A stretch of DNA of 64,000 bases from NCBI GenBank assembly GCA_004431415.1, contig QPMI01000026.1:82064-146063 (forward strand), given 5' to 3'. Origin of the DNA: Cyanophora paradoxa CCMP329. Its lineage: Eukaryota; Plantae; Glaucophyta. Both the position numbers and the translations under genes were made by a program. Positions within the stretch are counted from its first letter, which is position 1, and every line of letters starts with the position of its first letter. The notes beneath the pieces are model-generated. The model was not told the DNA's origin and made no database searches. It was given only the letters and a program-made list of their open reading frames with translations. Shown piece by piece: positions 47,617 to 61,170 of the stretch.

Positions 47617-48382
47617 GTCGCATTGATACACCACGGCACATGTATCAATGTTCTACGTGACGTGCCCTTCCGACCGGTCAACTATCTAGCCGAAGGTGCT
47701 AGCTAGGTGCCGGCCATGGGTCGCTCAATATGGGAGGTTCGCCTGAGTGGGGGAGCCATGGTTTTCGGTGATAGCCGTAACCAGACCCGCGCGCCCACCC
47801 CTTGATCAACTCCTCCATCCCTCATGAGCCCTGGAAGTGAAATGTCCCGCAGTCCGCCGCCCTCCCTTGCCGCCGCTCCGCCACCCCTCCTCCTCCTCAC
47901 TCCGCCTCCTCCCTCCTCCTCACCTGCGCCCCAGGACCCCGATTAATCGGTGTCCCGTTTTGTCGAGGTGAAGAAGGTGGTAGGAGGAAGATATGAGGAA
48001 GGAGAGGGAGTGGGCGGAGGCAGCAGCCTGGGGCGGGCAGCGGATGCGGGGCAAGCTTAAGGCGGGGAGAGGTGCCGGCCGCGGGACGGCAGAGTGGAGA
48101 GAGCGTGGGCACTGACAGCTGCAGGCGGCGCAGATCTAGAGAGCTGGGAGTGCGGAGGCGAGGCGGGCCGCGAGGGGTCGGGAGGGGTCAACCGGGTTAG
48201 AGGGGGGGGGCCGATGCCCGGGGGCGGCCGAAGCCATGGGTTGGCCGGAGCCAGGGGGTACCGGTGGCCGAAGCCGATGGGGTGGCCAAAGCCAAAGGGG
48301 GGCCGAGGCCATAGAAGGGCCGAAGCCATGGGGTGGCCAGAGCCGGCGGGGGTCTGACACTAGTACTTGAGGGTCGATTGGG

Positions 48383-48416
<34 letters not shown>

Positions 48417-50094
48417 GTAGAGGGCTGAGGGGCGGCGTCGTGCGAAGTCCCGATCGGGGGGGTCAGCTGAAGCGAGGAGGAGGAGGGGGAGTCGGCTGCT
48501 TGCAGCGTCGTAAGTGGTTTGTACACGCTGGGTGCAAAGAGAGGGACGTGATGGAGGGCTGCCCCGCGGGTATCGGCAACGCTCGCGCTTGTTTGGTCAT
48601 GCGCTTGGGCGTCTTGCGGCCGGCCGCCTTTCTTTTCGCCGTAGGTACGGGCGGGGCTGGTGCAGAGGTGGGGGGGGGAGGGGTCACGGGGCGCGGGCGT
48701 TTGGGTGCCGGGGCGGAGGGAGTATCAGCTGTCCGTTTACGCGAGGCAGGCGACGGCCGTGTTCGTTTCGGGGGAGGGGCCGGGGGGGGCGCCGGAGCGG
48801 GGCTTTCGGAAGGTTGAGTAGTGTTCGAAGGGCCCGCGGGCGAGGCGGGCAGGGTGCCATTGTCGGATTTCTCGTGTGACTGTCGTGCTAGGGTTACCGC
48901 AGGTTGGAAGGCAGGGCAGGAGGTGATCTCAAGGCGGGCGGGGCATTTGCTCCATCTGGCGTCGGAGTGGGCCTGGAGGGCAGCTGCGGAGGCGAATCGG
49001 CCCCCCACCTACCCTACCGCCGCGCGGGGCATCGATATCGCCGGACTCGGGATTAGATATATCGATTGGCCCCGGCCCTCGTGATCAGATCCCCCGGCCC
49101 CCGGAAAGCTTCCCCACCGTACCCGTTAGCTCTCTTCTAAATTCGAAGCCGCGGAATTCTAAGCCACCCCGGGCTCCGCTCGGGGTACGGGTCCCGATCG
49201 CCAGTCCTTCGACGCGTGCGCTTTACATTTGTCAGCGCCTCGCGCGCTTGCAGATCCGGTAATCTACCCGGCGCGAGCTCGATCGAGCTAGATCGGGAAT
49301 CCGCCAAAATGGATATCAATATTCATATATATATCGATATCTACGATGTATGCTCGAGTCTCACATGTACTACGGTACAGTGCTCAATATTATTTCTCCA
49401 TGTAAGGAGGATTCGATGTACAAGTCGACTTGCGTTCGGCGATCAGGTCACGGGTCGACGTCTCCGGAAATCCGCCGTCCATGCCATGATGGCCAGGCTC
49501 CAGCAAGCCAGAACTACTCTGTGCAGTACGTGTTTACTAATTATAAGTTACTAGTTACAGGACGAAATCGATGCAGGCGTCCGCTTCGACGGCATCAATC
49601 GCGAGCATCTGCTAGGATTGCAAGTGGCCGTTTGAGTTTCCCGTGAATATCCAATGAATATTACTTCGAGCGAGATTCAAATTAAAAGATCATGAGCGCA
49701 CCGCGGATTCGAACTCAAGGTCGGAGTCCAGGTCGGCGCAATTCAAGTCCTCCTCGAGATCTATATCCGCCCCGGCGAGCTCGCCCTCGAGCTCGAACTC
49801 GGCGCTCACGGCCTGCACACCCGCGACCCGAAATTAAATCATATATATGTGGGCCTTTGTGAAGCGTTGAGCTCTCGAGCTTGCCCCTTCGCTGTCAATG
49901 CATTGTTAACCCTCGGAGGTTGCATGAGTCACGCGTCGCGGAGGTTTGGGTGTTATATTGCGATCAGGTACACGCTGCACTAACAGGGGGGCTAGCACTA
50001 ACCGACGCGGGGAGTAACAGCCGGTGTACCCCTCGGGGGGCCTCCCGGCCTCTAACGATGCTCAGGCTCTAACTGAATGCTGTACCCCCCGCTG

Positions 50095-50831
50095 TTACTG
50101 CCCGAACCTTCCGAACTTGCGTAATTCGGCCTCGCCCTGTACCCAGTGGCTGGTGTCGTCCATCCATTCGCGTACCTCCCTCTGACGCTTGAGTGACTCA
50201 CGCTGCTCGGGGGTAGGGGAGGGGGGGCCTTCGAGGCGGGGTGGGGAAGGGGTACGGTGGCAAAATTCAGCCACTCGGGGGTATGCCGAATTCGCCGTGA
50301 ACGATCCTCTGCGGTGTGAAATACCGGTCGCTGCTCACGGCCAAGTGGAAGAACGCGCTCCTGAGCCCGGAGAGGAAGCGTGGTTGCATGAATGGCTGCT
50401 GGAGGGACTCGTCGCGCCAGGGGCTACGAAATCAATGATACGCTGCTGTACCTGCGCGGGCAGGGCAAGGATCTGGCTCTTGCGGTTCGCAAAGGCCGTC
50501 CACAGCGCTTGCAGGTCGGCCCAATCGCCGTTCAGATCCCTGCGTTCGCGCCTCAGGTACGATCTCGGGTTCTCTGTCATACCCATCAAGCCCGCGGCCC
50601 TGATCATCTCCCTGTCCGGGAGCTCTCGCTCGTCGTGGAATTCGTCTCTAATCCAGCGCACAAGGTAGAGCACGCGCTCCATGAAGTTCTCCGCCGGCGA
50701 GCCGCCCCTGAGGACGTGCGCCTCCCCTCCAGCACTGCGTTCGCATCCTCCAAGTCCACGTTCCGCTGTCGAATCTCCCCGTCCAGGTCGCCGTTGTTGT
50801 ACAGCACGTCGGACTCGCGTGTTCGCGCCAT
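50095..50831 (-). CDS. ORFan paralog 1 (frameshifted in this assembly)
   Basis: MARTRESD..FMERVLYLVRWI..LWTAFANRKSQILALPAQVQQRIIDF..YPEW..REWMDDTSHWVQGEAELRK. Confidence 0.55.
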
Positions 50832-50865
50832 GCTCGCGGCTCGGTGAGAATTTATACCTGTACCC

Positions 50866-51557
50866 CTACTCGCGGTCGGGGTACCTGTCGCCGGGCATCA
50901 GCCTCGCGCGCTTCCGCATCTCCGCCTCCCCGGGTAGCCAGTTCTTCGGGTCGTTGCTCCACTCCTCCCATTCGCGTATGTCCCGTCTGACGTCACGCGG
51001 GCGGGGCGTTTATCGGTGGGCGGGCGGGGCTGGCAGGCCTGGCGCGGGGGTTGAGGCCCCTGTTCCACGAGTACTCGGGGTACTCTTCCCATCCCAGGGG
51101 TACCAGATTCATCGGAATTGGCTCAACTTCGAATTGGGCTTTTTGACGTGATAATCATAGTTTGTGACATACGCCGTCACAGCCGAGCGCAAGCGCGAGA
51201 GGTCGCGCAAATTTACGTCGTCCCATTGCGAGTCCCTTGCCTTCGCGTACCACTCGAGGATTTGCATGCGAATGTGGTCCGGGAGGGTCGAGAGTATGCT
51301 GAGCTTGGAGCCCAGGGCGAACCAGATGCGCTTGAACTCGTCGATAATCCTGCCCTCGTCGTGGCTCCGAACGTAAAGGCCCCGCCAGAGTTGTAATGCG
51401 TGTCTAGCCACCCTGCCCGGGCCAGCTCTAGCACCGGCCAGGGTTGGCGCTGTCGATTCGGTCGCGAGGCCTGCTCTACCACCCAGCGTCTAAGGTCCTT
51501 GACCTGATCTATGAACTGTGCGATCACGTCCCTGGGCGCTTCCTCTGCATCCGACAT
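50866..51557 (-). CDS. ORFan paralog 2 (frameshifted in this assembly)
   Basis: MSDAEE..FIDQVKDLRRWV..IWFALGSKLSILSTLPDHIRMQILEW..YPEY..REWEEWSNDPKNWLPGEAEMRK; colinear with paralog 1. Confidence 0.55.
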
Positions 51558-51606
51558 TTGCAATTGCACACATCAAGAAATTCTAAACGCTACTGCGAGC
51601 TACGCT

Positions 51607-52238
51607 ATGCATACCGATACAAATTGCGAGACTTTGCAACAGGGAGCGCAGCGTGGCACGCGGCGCGCCGTGAAAAACTAACTGCATCTAATTTTGCGGC
51701 TGCGTGCGCATAAACCCCTGGAAATCCAGGCCCGCCTGTGGGCGGAGCTAAGCGGGATAGCGGAGGAAAACAACTTTGACAACCCTGCCCTAACCTATGG
51801 CATGACTATGAGCCCCTCGCGGTCTCTCTCTACAAAACGTCGAACAACAACGTGGACGTGCAACATACTGGATTGCACGAACATAAGGAACTGCCCTTCC
51901 TGGCGGGCAGCCCGGACGGGCTGATTGGAAGCGATCGTATACTTGAAATAAAATGCCCCTACAAACAAGAACTCTACGAAAAGGTCCCAACTTATTACAT
52001 GCCCCAGCTCCAGGGCCTGCTGGACATAACGGGCCGCGAGTGGGCCGAACTTTTTTGCTTCACTCCTCTGCGCGTGCAAACGTGGTACGTCAGACGGGAC
52101 GAGAGGTACATCAAGCTCATGAGGAAGTGCTTACATCTATTTTGGATGCACGTCAAGGAGGCACGCGCCCGAGCCCTACAGCGATCGAATGAAGTCAGAG
52201 AACCTCAGCGAGGAGCAGGCGGCGCTGCGCGAGTTTAA
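51607..52238 (+). CDS. YqaJ-like viral recombinase / lambda-exonuclease family nuclease (about 4 single-base frameshifts)
   Basis: LQQGSAAWHAARREKLTASNF..G..YEP.A..Y..GLHEHKELPFLAGSPDGL..ILEIKCP..PTYYMPQLQGLLDITGREWAELFCF. Confidence 0.9.
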
Positions 52239-52410
52239 GTCGTACGCCCTCCTCTAGTGTCCGGACCTTTCCAATACTCTATATGATTATTGGAGGGTCC
52301 GGACACGTCTCTTGGTCAGACTACTTCTGTCCAGGTCTTTGGAATCTTAATATAAATTTTCCCGGGACCCGGGACAGGGCTTGGTCGGACTCACCGTAGC
52401 TTGGTGTAGC

Positions 52411-55400
52411 TCAGGCCCAGGCCGGGTAGGCGAGTCTGTAATGAATCAGACCGCGCAGGATTTGGTTGAGCTGCTCGGTGCAGGGGGCGGGAAGGCGAGG
52501 CCGCGGAGGCCATAGAGACGTAGCGGAAGGGTGGGGGAGGCGGCCCCTGTTATCCCACATGGCGTCCACTATGGCGTTGTGGACCACTTGCTCTGGAGGG
52601 CGGGACGGGCCTGCGCGCACCGTTTCAGGGCCCTCAGCAGCCCTCGAAGATGTTGGAGTTGGCGTGCACCAGCGGGAGGGAGGGCTGGGACGGCGGCGGC
52701 GAGCCCGGGGCCGAGCCCTGGGTGGCGAGGGCCTGCGAGGGCGCCGGCTCCAGCTCCATCTCGAACATACCGCCCTCGACGTCGACGGTCACGGGCGGCG
52801 AGGCCGGGATCGCGCCGGCCTGCTGCGTGGCGGGACCTGAGCCGAGAAGTTCTCGAGCCGCCACTCGCGGCAGCCCTGGCACTCACCTGGACGAAGACGG
52901 TGCGGTTGGCGACGGGCGGCGTCGGCAGGGCCTGCGCGGGGGCGTCACTCACAGAAGCCGAAGGCGCCGGCCTTGTGGGCGGGGCGTCGGGTCGCGGGGC
53001 GTGCTATAGGCCTCCGAGCCCTCCGATTCAGAGTCACTCACCGGGCTGAGAGGGTGGGGTGAGAAGAGGCCGAGGCGGGCCTTCTTGGCGGGCAGGAGGT
53101 GGAGCCGTTGAGGGCGCAATCGGCGCCGTGGGCGCACCTCTCTCCGTAGGTGGGGCAGAGGGCCGGGGCGAGGGCGCCGGAGCCAAGGGCGCCGGAGCCG
53201 AGGACGCCGGGGGCTGGAGGAGGCGGTGAGAGGGGCCGAGGAGGAGAGGAAGGGGAAGGGCGCGGGCACCGGCGCCGGGACGAGGCCCTCCTCCAGCAGC
53301 CGCATCTGCGCCTCCTTCGCCTTCTCGTCGATGCGGGCCTCGAACGTCGCCCAGTTGAAGCCGACGGCGTCCGCCTCCGCCAGCTCGGGGAGGCCGTGCT
53401 CGTCGAACGCCAGCGCGGGCCGCCCGCTGAAGCCGAACGGGGCGGGGGCGAGAGCGCGTTGTCCCCGACGCCCCAGACGGCGCTGAACGCCGCATCGTCC
53501 CAGCGCGCCTCCGCCTCCGCCTGGCCCTCGTCCCTTGCCTCGTCCACCTCCTTGGCGGAGAGCGACCCGATCTTGATGATGGAGGCCTGGATCAGCACAA
53601 ACTCGCGCTGGAAGAATTGGACGAGCGGGATGGTAACTGCGGAGAGGGGGTGAGCGGGGAGAGCGCGGGGCGCAGGCCAAGGGCGGGGCGCAGGCCAAGG
53701 GCGGGGCGGACGCACATTCGATGCCGTAGGCCACCTCCTTGATGTAGCGGCCCCGGCGGCCGATCTCCTTGGCCAGCATGCTGCACTCCTTGCGCGCCGG
53801 GTGGCCGTGGCCCACTCCATGGCGATCATCGCCTTCGCCAGACGGACGCCCTCGATGTGCCACTCGTCCATCAGCGCCTCCAGCTTGGCGCAGATGCGCA
53901 TCCAGAAGAAGACGCGCTTGAGCTTGTCGCGGTCGAATTCGGCGTCGCCGCTCTTGCTGCCCCAGTCGCGCAGGTCCGTCTCCTCCGCCTTCTTCACCTT
54001 CTCGTACCAGCACTTGATCTTCTCCGCCTGGCGCTGGAACTCGTCCGCCCGCGCCGTGAGAACGTCCGACTCCTCCTGCGCTCCGAGGGCCCGGGGTCAG
54101 GGAGGAGAGGCGGCTAAGCGGGCGGCGGCGGACCGTGTGCGAGAGCTCGCCGACGATCACGGAGATGGCCGCCGAGAGGATCTCACGGGCGCGGGCCGGC
54201 CCGTTTGGGTGGCCTCGCGCAGAACCTCCTCCAGCTTCAGCACGGCCGTCCGCGCGAGATCGCGGTGGCGCTGGCGGGTCTCGTCGCTCCGGCCCTGATC
54301 CACGAGAAGCTGGAGCTGGGGCCGCATGCCGGAGTCGCAGACGCTGGCGTACTTCAGAAGGGCCGCGCAGGAGAGCACCTTCTGCACGCTGACCAGCCAG
54401 TACGCGTAGCCCAGCGGGCTCTCCGCGCTCGGGTTCTCCCCGACCTGCGGACGCGACCTTAGCGCGCGCAGGGGCAGGGGAAAGGGGAAAGGGCGGGCTC
54501 TCGCGCACGTAAATGTCATCGGCGCAGGAGAGGAACATGTGATCAACGACGTCGAAGAAGCCGCCGGACGGGAGCGTGCCGACGCCGTGGTACGCGCCTT
54601 GGATGGTCTCGCCGGCGCAGATGCCGGCCTGGACGGTGACGGTGTACTGCGAGGCCGGCGGCCCCTCCTTCACGTAGACGAAGTTGAGGTCGTACTTCTT
54701 GGCGTACGTCGGGTTGATGCGCTTGGTGACGATGACGTAATCGCACCGAACGCCGAGGCCGGACGGGCTGGCCTTCTCCTTCTCCGTCACCGACGCCAGG
54801 CACTGATCCCGCGCGATCAAGAGCTGCAGCGGCCCGCGCGTGAGCAAGCGCGGGCACGCGAGCGCAGGGAAGGGCCCTCACCCCGTGGGCGCCGCCGCTG
54901 CCGGATTTGAGGTCCGCGAGGAACTCCTTCTGCTCCGGAGTGCCGGAGAAGATCGCGCGCGGATGGAAATCGCGATGGAGCGCGATGCTGTTGAAGCAGC
55001 CCGCCGCCGCATTGTCGGACATCAGCAACAGCGCCACATCGCCGTGCGTGAAGCCGTACTTCGCCTTCACATGCTCCGGCAGCTCGTGAATGCTGTAAGG
55101 CACGATCTGCGCGCGGGCACGCGAGCCGGGCATGTGAGCCGGGCCGAAGCGGTGCGGGCGAAACCGCGAACCTCGTTGAACTTATTCACCGGCGTGAACT
55201 GGCCCTTGGTCTTCAAGCGCTTCGGGTGGCCGTCCGTGTTCTGGATCTTCTTCAGCCCGCCGAACGGCTCGAAGCGCGGCACGCCGGCCGAGTTGAACAC
55301 GCTATCGCAGGTCATCGCGTTGAGCGCCTCCTCCGCCGACAGGCTGCCGAGATCGCGGGCTATGCTGTCCTGCTCGCCGGGCTGCTGCTGCTTCGCGCAC

Positions 55401-55423
55401 GAGCGGAAGGTCGCCGCCTGCAT
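52411..55423 (-). CDS. Large intron-containing ORFan of the viral-like element
   Basis: Exons with GT-AG boundaries (..VNKFNE/IVPYSIHEL..; ..GGAHG/LLIARDQC..; ..ADDIY/VGENPS..). Globular N-terminal half, helical middle; no family recognised. Confidence 0.6.
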
Positions 55424-55607
55424 CGCGAGTGTTACTGCCCGCGATGTCTCAACGGATTCCGTTCAACGTCGTACCCCCGCTGGCTTGTTCCCTCCCCAAC
55501 TCGCGAAGACTCAGACTTGAAGCCCGCTTCCCCCCCCTCAAAATGCGTACCCCCCTTGGCTCGAACCCCGGTCGGTTTCTCGCTTTTTTTGACTGCCCAG
55601 TCCGGCG

Positions 55608-58400
55608 ATGCAATGCAGGCCGCTCGTTCAAATCGGCTGGGAACTTGGCGCCAGAACCTTCGCAGCGCGCGCAGCACTCCCAGCAGAGCGCGCGCAGCAC
55701 CGGCGGCAGCATCGGCGGCAGCAGCATGTCTCGGCTCGCGCTCCCTCGGAGATCCCGGCTAAGCTGGCGAAGAACACGCTGTACGACGTTCTCTGCGTCG
55801 GCGACAGCTTCGGCGTCGATTGGACGGTGTTCGAGGCCGGTATCAGCGACCAGGCGAAGGAGGCGCAGGCGCGTGCGCTGGAGGATGGCATGCAGTTCAG
55901 CCCGAACAGCAAGGATGTGCTGCGCAAGACCGAGCTGGCCGAGCGCAAGCGCAAGCTGCCGCGGCGCGGACCTTGAACCTCGAGGGCGCCCCGGCCCGTC
56001 GGTGCAGTTCTCCATCGACTCCGTCCTGTCGCGGCTGCGGCTCGCGGAGGTGCTCGCTGCCTCTTTCTCCCTCGCGCGCCCGGCTCGCAGCGGCTGAGGC
56101 GCCGCCGCGCTCGCAGGACGCGGACGTGCGGCGATGCACGCGGCGCTGAACATGACGGAGGAGAACTTCGACACACCGAGCAAGCCGAAGCCCGGGCGCG
56201 ATTCCGACGCCCGCCGGCTGTTCGCGGCGCAGCGCCTGCGGCTGCTCATGGGCGCCGTGCCCCGGCACATCGCCAAGGGCGAGTGGCGCACGATTGCCTG
56301 CTGGCGGGCCGGAGGAGTTCTACTTCAACCGCATGGCGGAGCGCCCCGCACCTGCTCTGGCTGCTGGTGCTCAGCTCGGACCCGGCCTACACGCCCGAGG
56401 TGCGCCCCCGGCCGCCCGTGCAGCCGCGGCCGCCCCTCCCGCCGACCCCCGCCGGCCCGCAGAGGCTGGCGAAGGGCATCATGGGCGTCGAGGCGCGCTG
56501 CATCATGCGGAACAGCCGCGCGTTCATCACGCGCCACGAGAGCTCGGCGGTCTGGGGCGAGCGGCCGGACACCGGCGTCCTCACGACGCCTACGCCATCC
56601 GCATCGTGCTGGAGGCGGCCTGCCGGACGTGCCGGGACCGCCACGGGCCCAGGGCATCTGCGCCTTCGACCTGGTTCCTGAGTTCGAGGTGCCCGGCGTC
56701 ACCATCGGCGACCGCGTGCAGGTGCGCCGTTTCTATTTGGATGCTATTTAGATGCTATTAGACTATTTAGATGCCATTTAAACCCCCTCGCAGGTCATCC
56801 GCCGGTGCTCGATGCCGGACTCGCACGGGCGGCCCATGATCCACGGCGCCGTGAAGTACGTGGTGCCGCGGCGCACCCTCGCCCTCACCTTCTTCGTCCC
56901 CGTCTTCGACAAGGCGGCCGCCGCCGCCGCGCCGCCGCCTCCCGCCCCGCCCCATGCTCGCGGCCGCGGAGTCCTCGGATTCCGACTCGGATTCCGAGGC
57001 GGAGCGCGAGGCCGAGGCCGCCGCCGCGCGCCCGGGCGCTGGACTTCACGGAGGAGGAGCTGGAGCGGGCGCGGAGCCTGCCGCGCGCCGGCCAGGCGAT
57101 GGCCGCGGCCTTCCAGGCGGCGATCGGCGAGGCGACGGCCTCCGCCTCGGGCGCCCGGGCCGGCGGCAGCATGATCACGGCGGAGGCCTCGCGCGCGCCA
57201 TGCGCGTGGCCCAGGCCCAGGCCCAGGCGAAGGGCAAGGGCAAGGGCAAGGCCGCCTACATCGACCTGCGGTTCGAGGAGGAGGAGGCGGGTGCCCCGGC
57301 GGCGCGGCGCGATCTCGGCGAGGAGATGGAGGCGGCGGCCCCCAAGGCGGCCGGTGCGCCCTCCCCGCCCCTAATTTCTGAGCTAGGGCGTTCCAGAGGC
57401 GCAAAGGAATGACCCTGCCCACAGAGGAGGAGCTGGAGGCCGAGCGCGAGATGGAGATGGAGGCCGCGCTGGCGGCGGCGCGGACGCGAAGGCTCGCGCG
57501 AGCTGGAGGTGGCGGAGGAGTACGCGATGAGCTGGAGCGCTGAGCGCGAGCGCGAGGGCGAGCCCGATGCGGAGCTTGCGGCGACGGTGGAGGCGGGCGG
57601 GGGACACCTTCGAGCCCGAGCCCCCCGTCGACGAGTTCTACCCCCTCCGCCCTCCCCCTCCCTCGACGGCGCCCGCCGCCGCCCATCGAGGAGTTCTCGG
57701 ACGACGAGCCCGGCGACGCCGGCCCCAGGCCGCCCCTCGTCTCCCCCGCCGCCCGCCCGCCCCCGTGCCCCCCGCCAGCCCCGCCGCCTCCGACGTCTCC
57801 TGGCGCCGAGCGGCAACCCTCGCCTTCAGTCCCTTCCGCCCTCGCAGCCCTCGCAGCGCCGCCGCCCTCCGTCAGGGTACCCCCCTCGCCCGCCCATCCC
57901 CTCGCCGCCGCGGGGCACGCCCGTCGCCACGCCCGCCTCCTCCTCGCCACATGCCCCTCCGCCCCTCCGGCCCCCCGCGCCGGCCGCCTCTCCCGCCGGG
58001 CCCAGCAGCGGCGCGAGCGCGAGCGGCAGCTGCTGCGCGATCAGCGGGCGGAGGCGGAGGCGGACCACGACGACGGCCAGGCGTCGGAGAGCGACGGCGA
58101 GCCGCCGCGCGCCACCAGGCTGGAGCTGGCGCGGGCGGAGCTGGCGGTGCAGCCGCGCGAGGCGCCCGAGATCGACATGTCCAAGTACGACGACGTGACA
58201 ACGTACAGCAAGGACAACAAGTCAGAAGGAGGCGGCCATTCAGGATGCGCTCCGCCTCTTCGTCAAGAACAACGTGGCCCCGCCCCCCTTAGCTGCGCGC
58301 CCGCCCCTTAGAGGCCGGAGGCGCCGTGGCCCAGCTGCTTAAGGCGCTGGGCCCGAGCCGCCTTCGGCCGGTGCGCCCCCCTCCCGCGTTCGAACCCGCT
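55608..58400 (+). CDS. Intron-containing, frameshifted coding region; probably the N-terminal part of the helicase gene
   Basis: Continuous coding-like blocks (NTLYDVLCVGDSFGVDW; RLAKGIMGVEARCIMRN; GICAFDLVPEF; VKYVVPRRTLALTFFVPVF) followed by an acidic/Ala-rich linker. Confidence 0.45.
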
Positions 58401-60400
58401 AACCCCTTTTGCCGGCGCAGCGGATCGTGCGCCAGAGACCTACGGCCCGAACTCCCCGCCACCTTCTACGTCGAGCTCCCGAACCTCTTCGTGTACGACA
58501 AGGTCAGCGCGAACAGGCACGCCGGCGCGGGACGATGAGGAGTCATCCAGCTGCTGGCGATGACCTTCCACAAGACCTACGAGTCCAACCCCGGCTCCTT
58601 CGAGTTCACCTTCTCGAAGGAGGTGCTCTCGGGGCGGACGCGCACGTTCGTGAGGAGTCCCTCCAGCTCGAGACGTCTGCCCCGAGATGCCGTCATCCCG
58701 GCTTCGCCTTCGCCTGCGACACGCGTGCGCCGCCCGTACCCCTGCGCCCGCCCCGTACCCCCGCCGACGCCCCTTGCGCAGATTTCGTGGTGCGGGCGCC
58801 GCAGGACAGCACGGGCAGCGCCTGCGTCCTCGTCATGACGCACGAGGAGGCACGGGAGCGGTACGCGGGCTACATGAACACCTGCTACATCCAGGGGCGC
58901 CTGCCCGCGGGCATCGAGGAGGCGACCGAGACCTGCGACTGGCCCACCGTGTACGGCATGCTGCACCCCTTCATGCCCAACGTCGTCAAGCACCTGGCGG
59001 ACAACGGCTACGTGACGGCCGACGAGTTCGGCTACGCGGCGGCCGTCCTCTACGCCTTCAACCTCGTCGGGCCGTGGAACTTCTGCGACAAGCCCGTCTT
59101 CGACCGGGAGCCGCGCGCGGAGATCGAGCCGCCGTCCGAGGGCGCCATGCTGCAGTACTGCGGCATCATCAAGGGCCAGTCGGGCACAGGCAAGTCGATG
59201 GTGACGCAGATCATGACGGAGTGCCTGCCGCCGGGCCGCGTCTGCGTCTACCGCCCCTCCAAGGGCTCGGCCTTCTCGGAGCACGGCGGCGAGGAGGCGA
59301 TCTGCATGGTGATGGCGGAGGGCCTCGACCCTAAGGCCTGCTCGGAGGAGGAGCTCAAGATGCGCTCCGGCGACGCCTACTCCCGCAACTTCAAGAACGT
59401 CCGCGGCGACGATGTGCGCACCAAGGCGACGCGCAAGGTGCTTGTCATCGTCTGCAACAGCTTCCCGCAGGTGCGCCCGTTCCCCTGCCCCCCTTCCCCT
59501 TCCCCGGCGCCCTTTCTCACTTGCCCCGGCGCAGCTCGAGAACCGCATGCTCGAGTTCTTCGCCCGCGTCGTCCTGATCCCCCTCGACCACAAGCCGGCC
59601 AAGAAGCGCACCTACCTCCACTCCGACATCCGCGAGAACGAGCTGCCGGCGCTCATGGTCGCGGCCTTCACCTTCGCGTGGAAGATCATCCACGCGCTCT
59701 CCGACGGCAAGGCCTCCTGCATCCAGGCCTTCGAGCCGGCGTGGCTGCGGGCGCAGCGCCTCGGCTTCTGGCAGGAGACGGCCTCCTGTCCCTCACCCGC
59801 TTCATCATCGCCCACTGCGCCGTCGACCCCACCACTACGTCGCCGCCCCGAACACGGAGGGCTACATGACGAGCGTCGCGGGCATCGTCGAGTACATCGC
59901 GCGCACGGAGGGCCCCGACACCTCCGCCGCCGTCGGCGCCGACATCGAGAACGGCCGGCTGGACGAGACCCTCGCCGGCTTCGGCTCCTGGTGCCGCCCC
60001 TACTCCTACAAGCTCGGCGGCGTCTGGCAGACCTACATCCGCGGCATCGTCCCCAAGGCCCCGCTCTCCCTCGGCGAGAGCCAGCCGGCGCTGGAGGCGA
60101 TCGCGATCCCCGTCGCCCAGTTCAAGGACCCGGCGCCCGACGTCGGGCCCTTCCTCGTCAAGCCCCACACCAAGGGCAAGGGCAAGCGCACCCGCAACTC
60201 GGCGCCGGCCTTCCTCCCGCCCCAGCCCCCCGCCACGGCCCCCCAGCAGCGCCCCGGCCAGCAGCGCATCGACGAGATGCTGCCGCGCCAGGTCCGGCCC
60301 GCGTACCCCCGCCTTCCCTCCCGTACCCCCCTCCCCCGCCCCCCTCCTGATCCAAGGGCAGGGTACCCCGACGAACGGCGGCGCGGGCCCGAGCGGCTAC
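58400..60400 (+). CDS. Superfamily 3 (D5-like) DNA helicase domain, intron-containing
   Basis: Walker A IIKGQSGTGKS, Walker B CMVMAE, motif C VLVIVCN, Arg finger FFARVVLIP. Introns at about 58726-58780 and 59471-59534. Confidence 0.85.
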
Positions 60401-60889
60401 GACGGCGAGCTCGGCCTCGCCGCCGAGCCGGCCCCAGCCCTCCCCGGCCCCGGCGCCGTCCTCACCGCGATCCAGGGCTTCGGGGCCCAGCAGGAGGCCG
60501 AGCGGCGGGCGCTGGCGGCGCGCCAGGCGCGCGAGGCGGAGGAGCGGCGCCAGGCCCTGGGCCCAGCGCCTGCAGGAGGCCACGCCTTCCGCGCCGAGCT
60601 GGAGGCGGCTTCCGCGCGGAGCGGATGAGCGGGCGGAGGCCGTGGAGAGCTGGCGGGCGTTCGAGGACGGGACCGTGGAGCTGGCGAAGGGCCTCGGCTA
60701 CAGCTACCGGCGGGCGCCGGTGCCCACCTCGTACGCAAGCGGGCGCGCGGGAGGCCTCGCGGGCAGATCGACGCGGCGGAGGAGCAGGCGGCGCGCGAGG
60801 AGGCCGAGGACAACGCGCGCTTCCGGCACCTGCACCACTGAGGCCCGAGGCGGTATTTTTTCTCAACCCTCCCTCAATTCGGTCCCGCG

Positions 60890-61140
60890 ATGGCCTTCGA
60901 AGCTTATCCTGCCCACTACTCGCTAGGAGCCTCGCCGCGACCCTCACCTGGCTCCTCGGCGGCACCCCCACGGCCTCGGCGGTCATCGGCGTGGGCTTCG
61001 GCTACGCCGCCAAGTCCTCTACGCCCCGGCTGCGCCTCGCAGGCGGCGGCCGGCATGCGCCCCGCCGGGCGCTAACTTTTCAAAGTTCATTCTCCCCTCC
61101 CCCTTTTCCGAGTTCCGAGTCCGTTGGCGTTCCCTTTTAA
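60890..61140 (+). CDS. Small putative membrane protein (frameshifted)
   Basis: MAFEAYPAHYSLG/LAATLTWLLGGTPTASAVIGVGFGYAAK: two hydrophobic stretches. Confidence 0.4.
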
Positions 61141-61170
61141 ATTTTCTTCATTCTCGTTACACGTTCGAAG

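Noticed and set aside
47897-49050. Pro-rich minus-strand ORF fragments with PMASA-like repeats and a half C2H2 motif (RFASAAALQAH)
   Set aside because: Frames are broken and no complete domain can be assembled; not supportable as a CDS.
52411-55423. Large ORFan as a major capsid protein
   Set aside because: No recognisable jelly-roll or HK97 motifs by eye; needs a profile or structure search.
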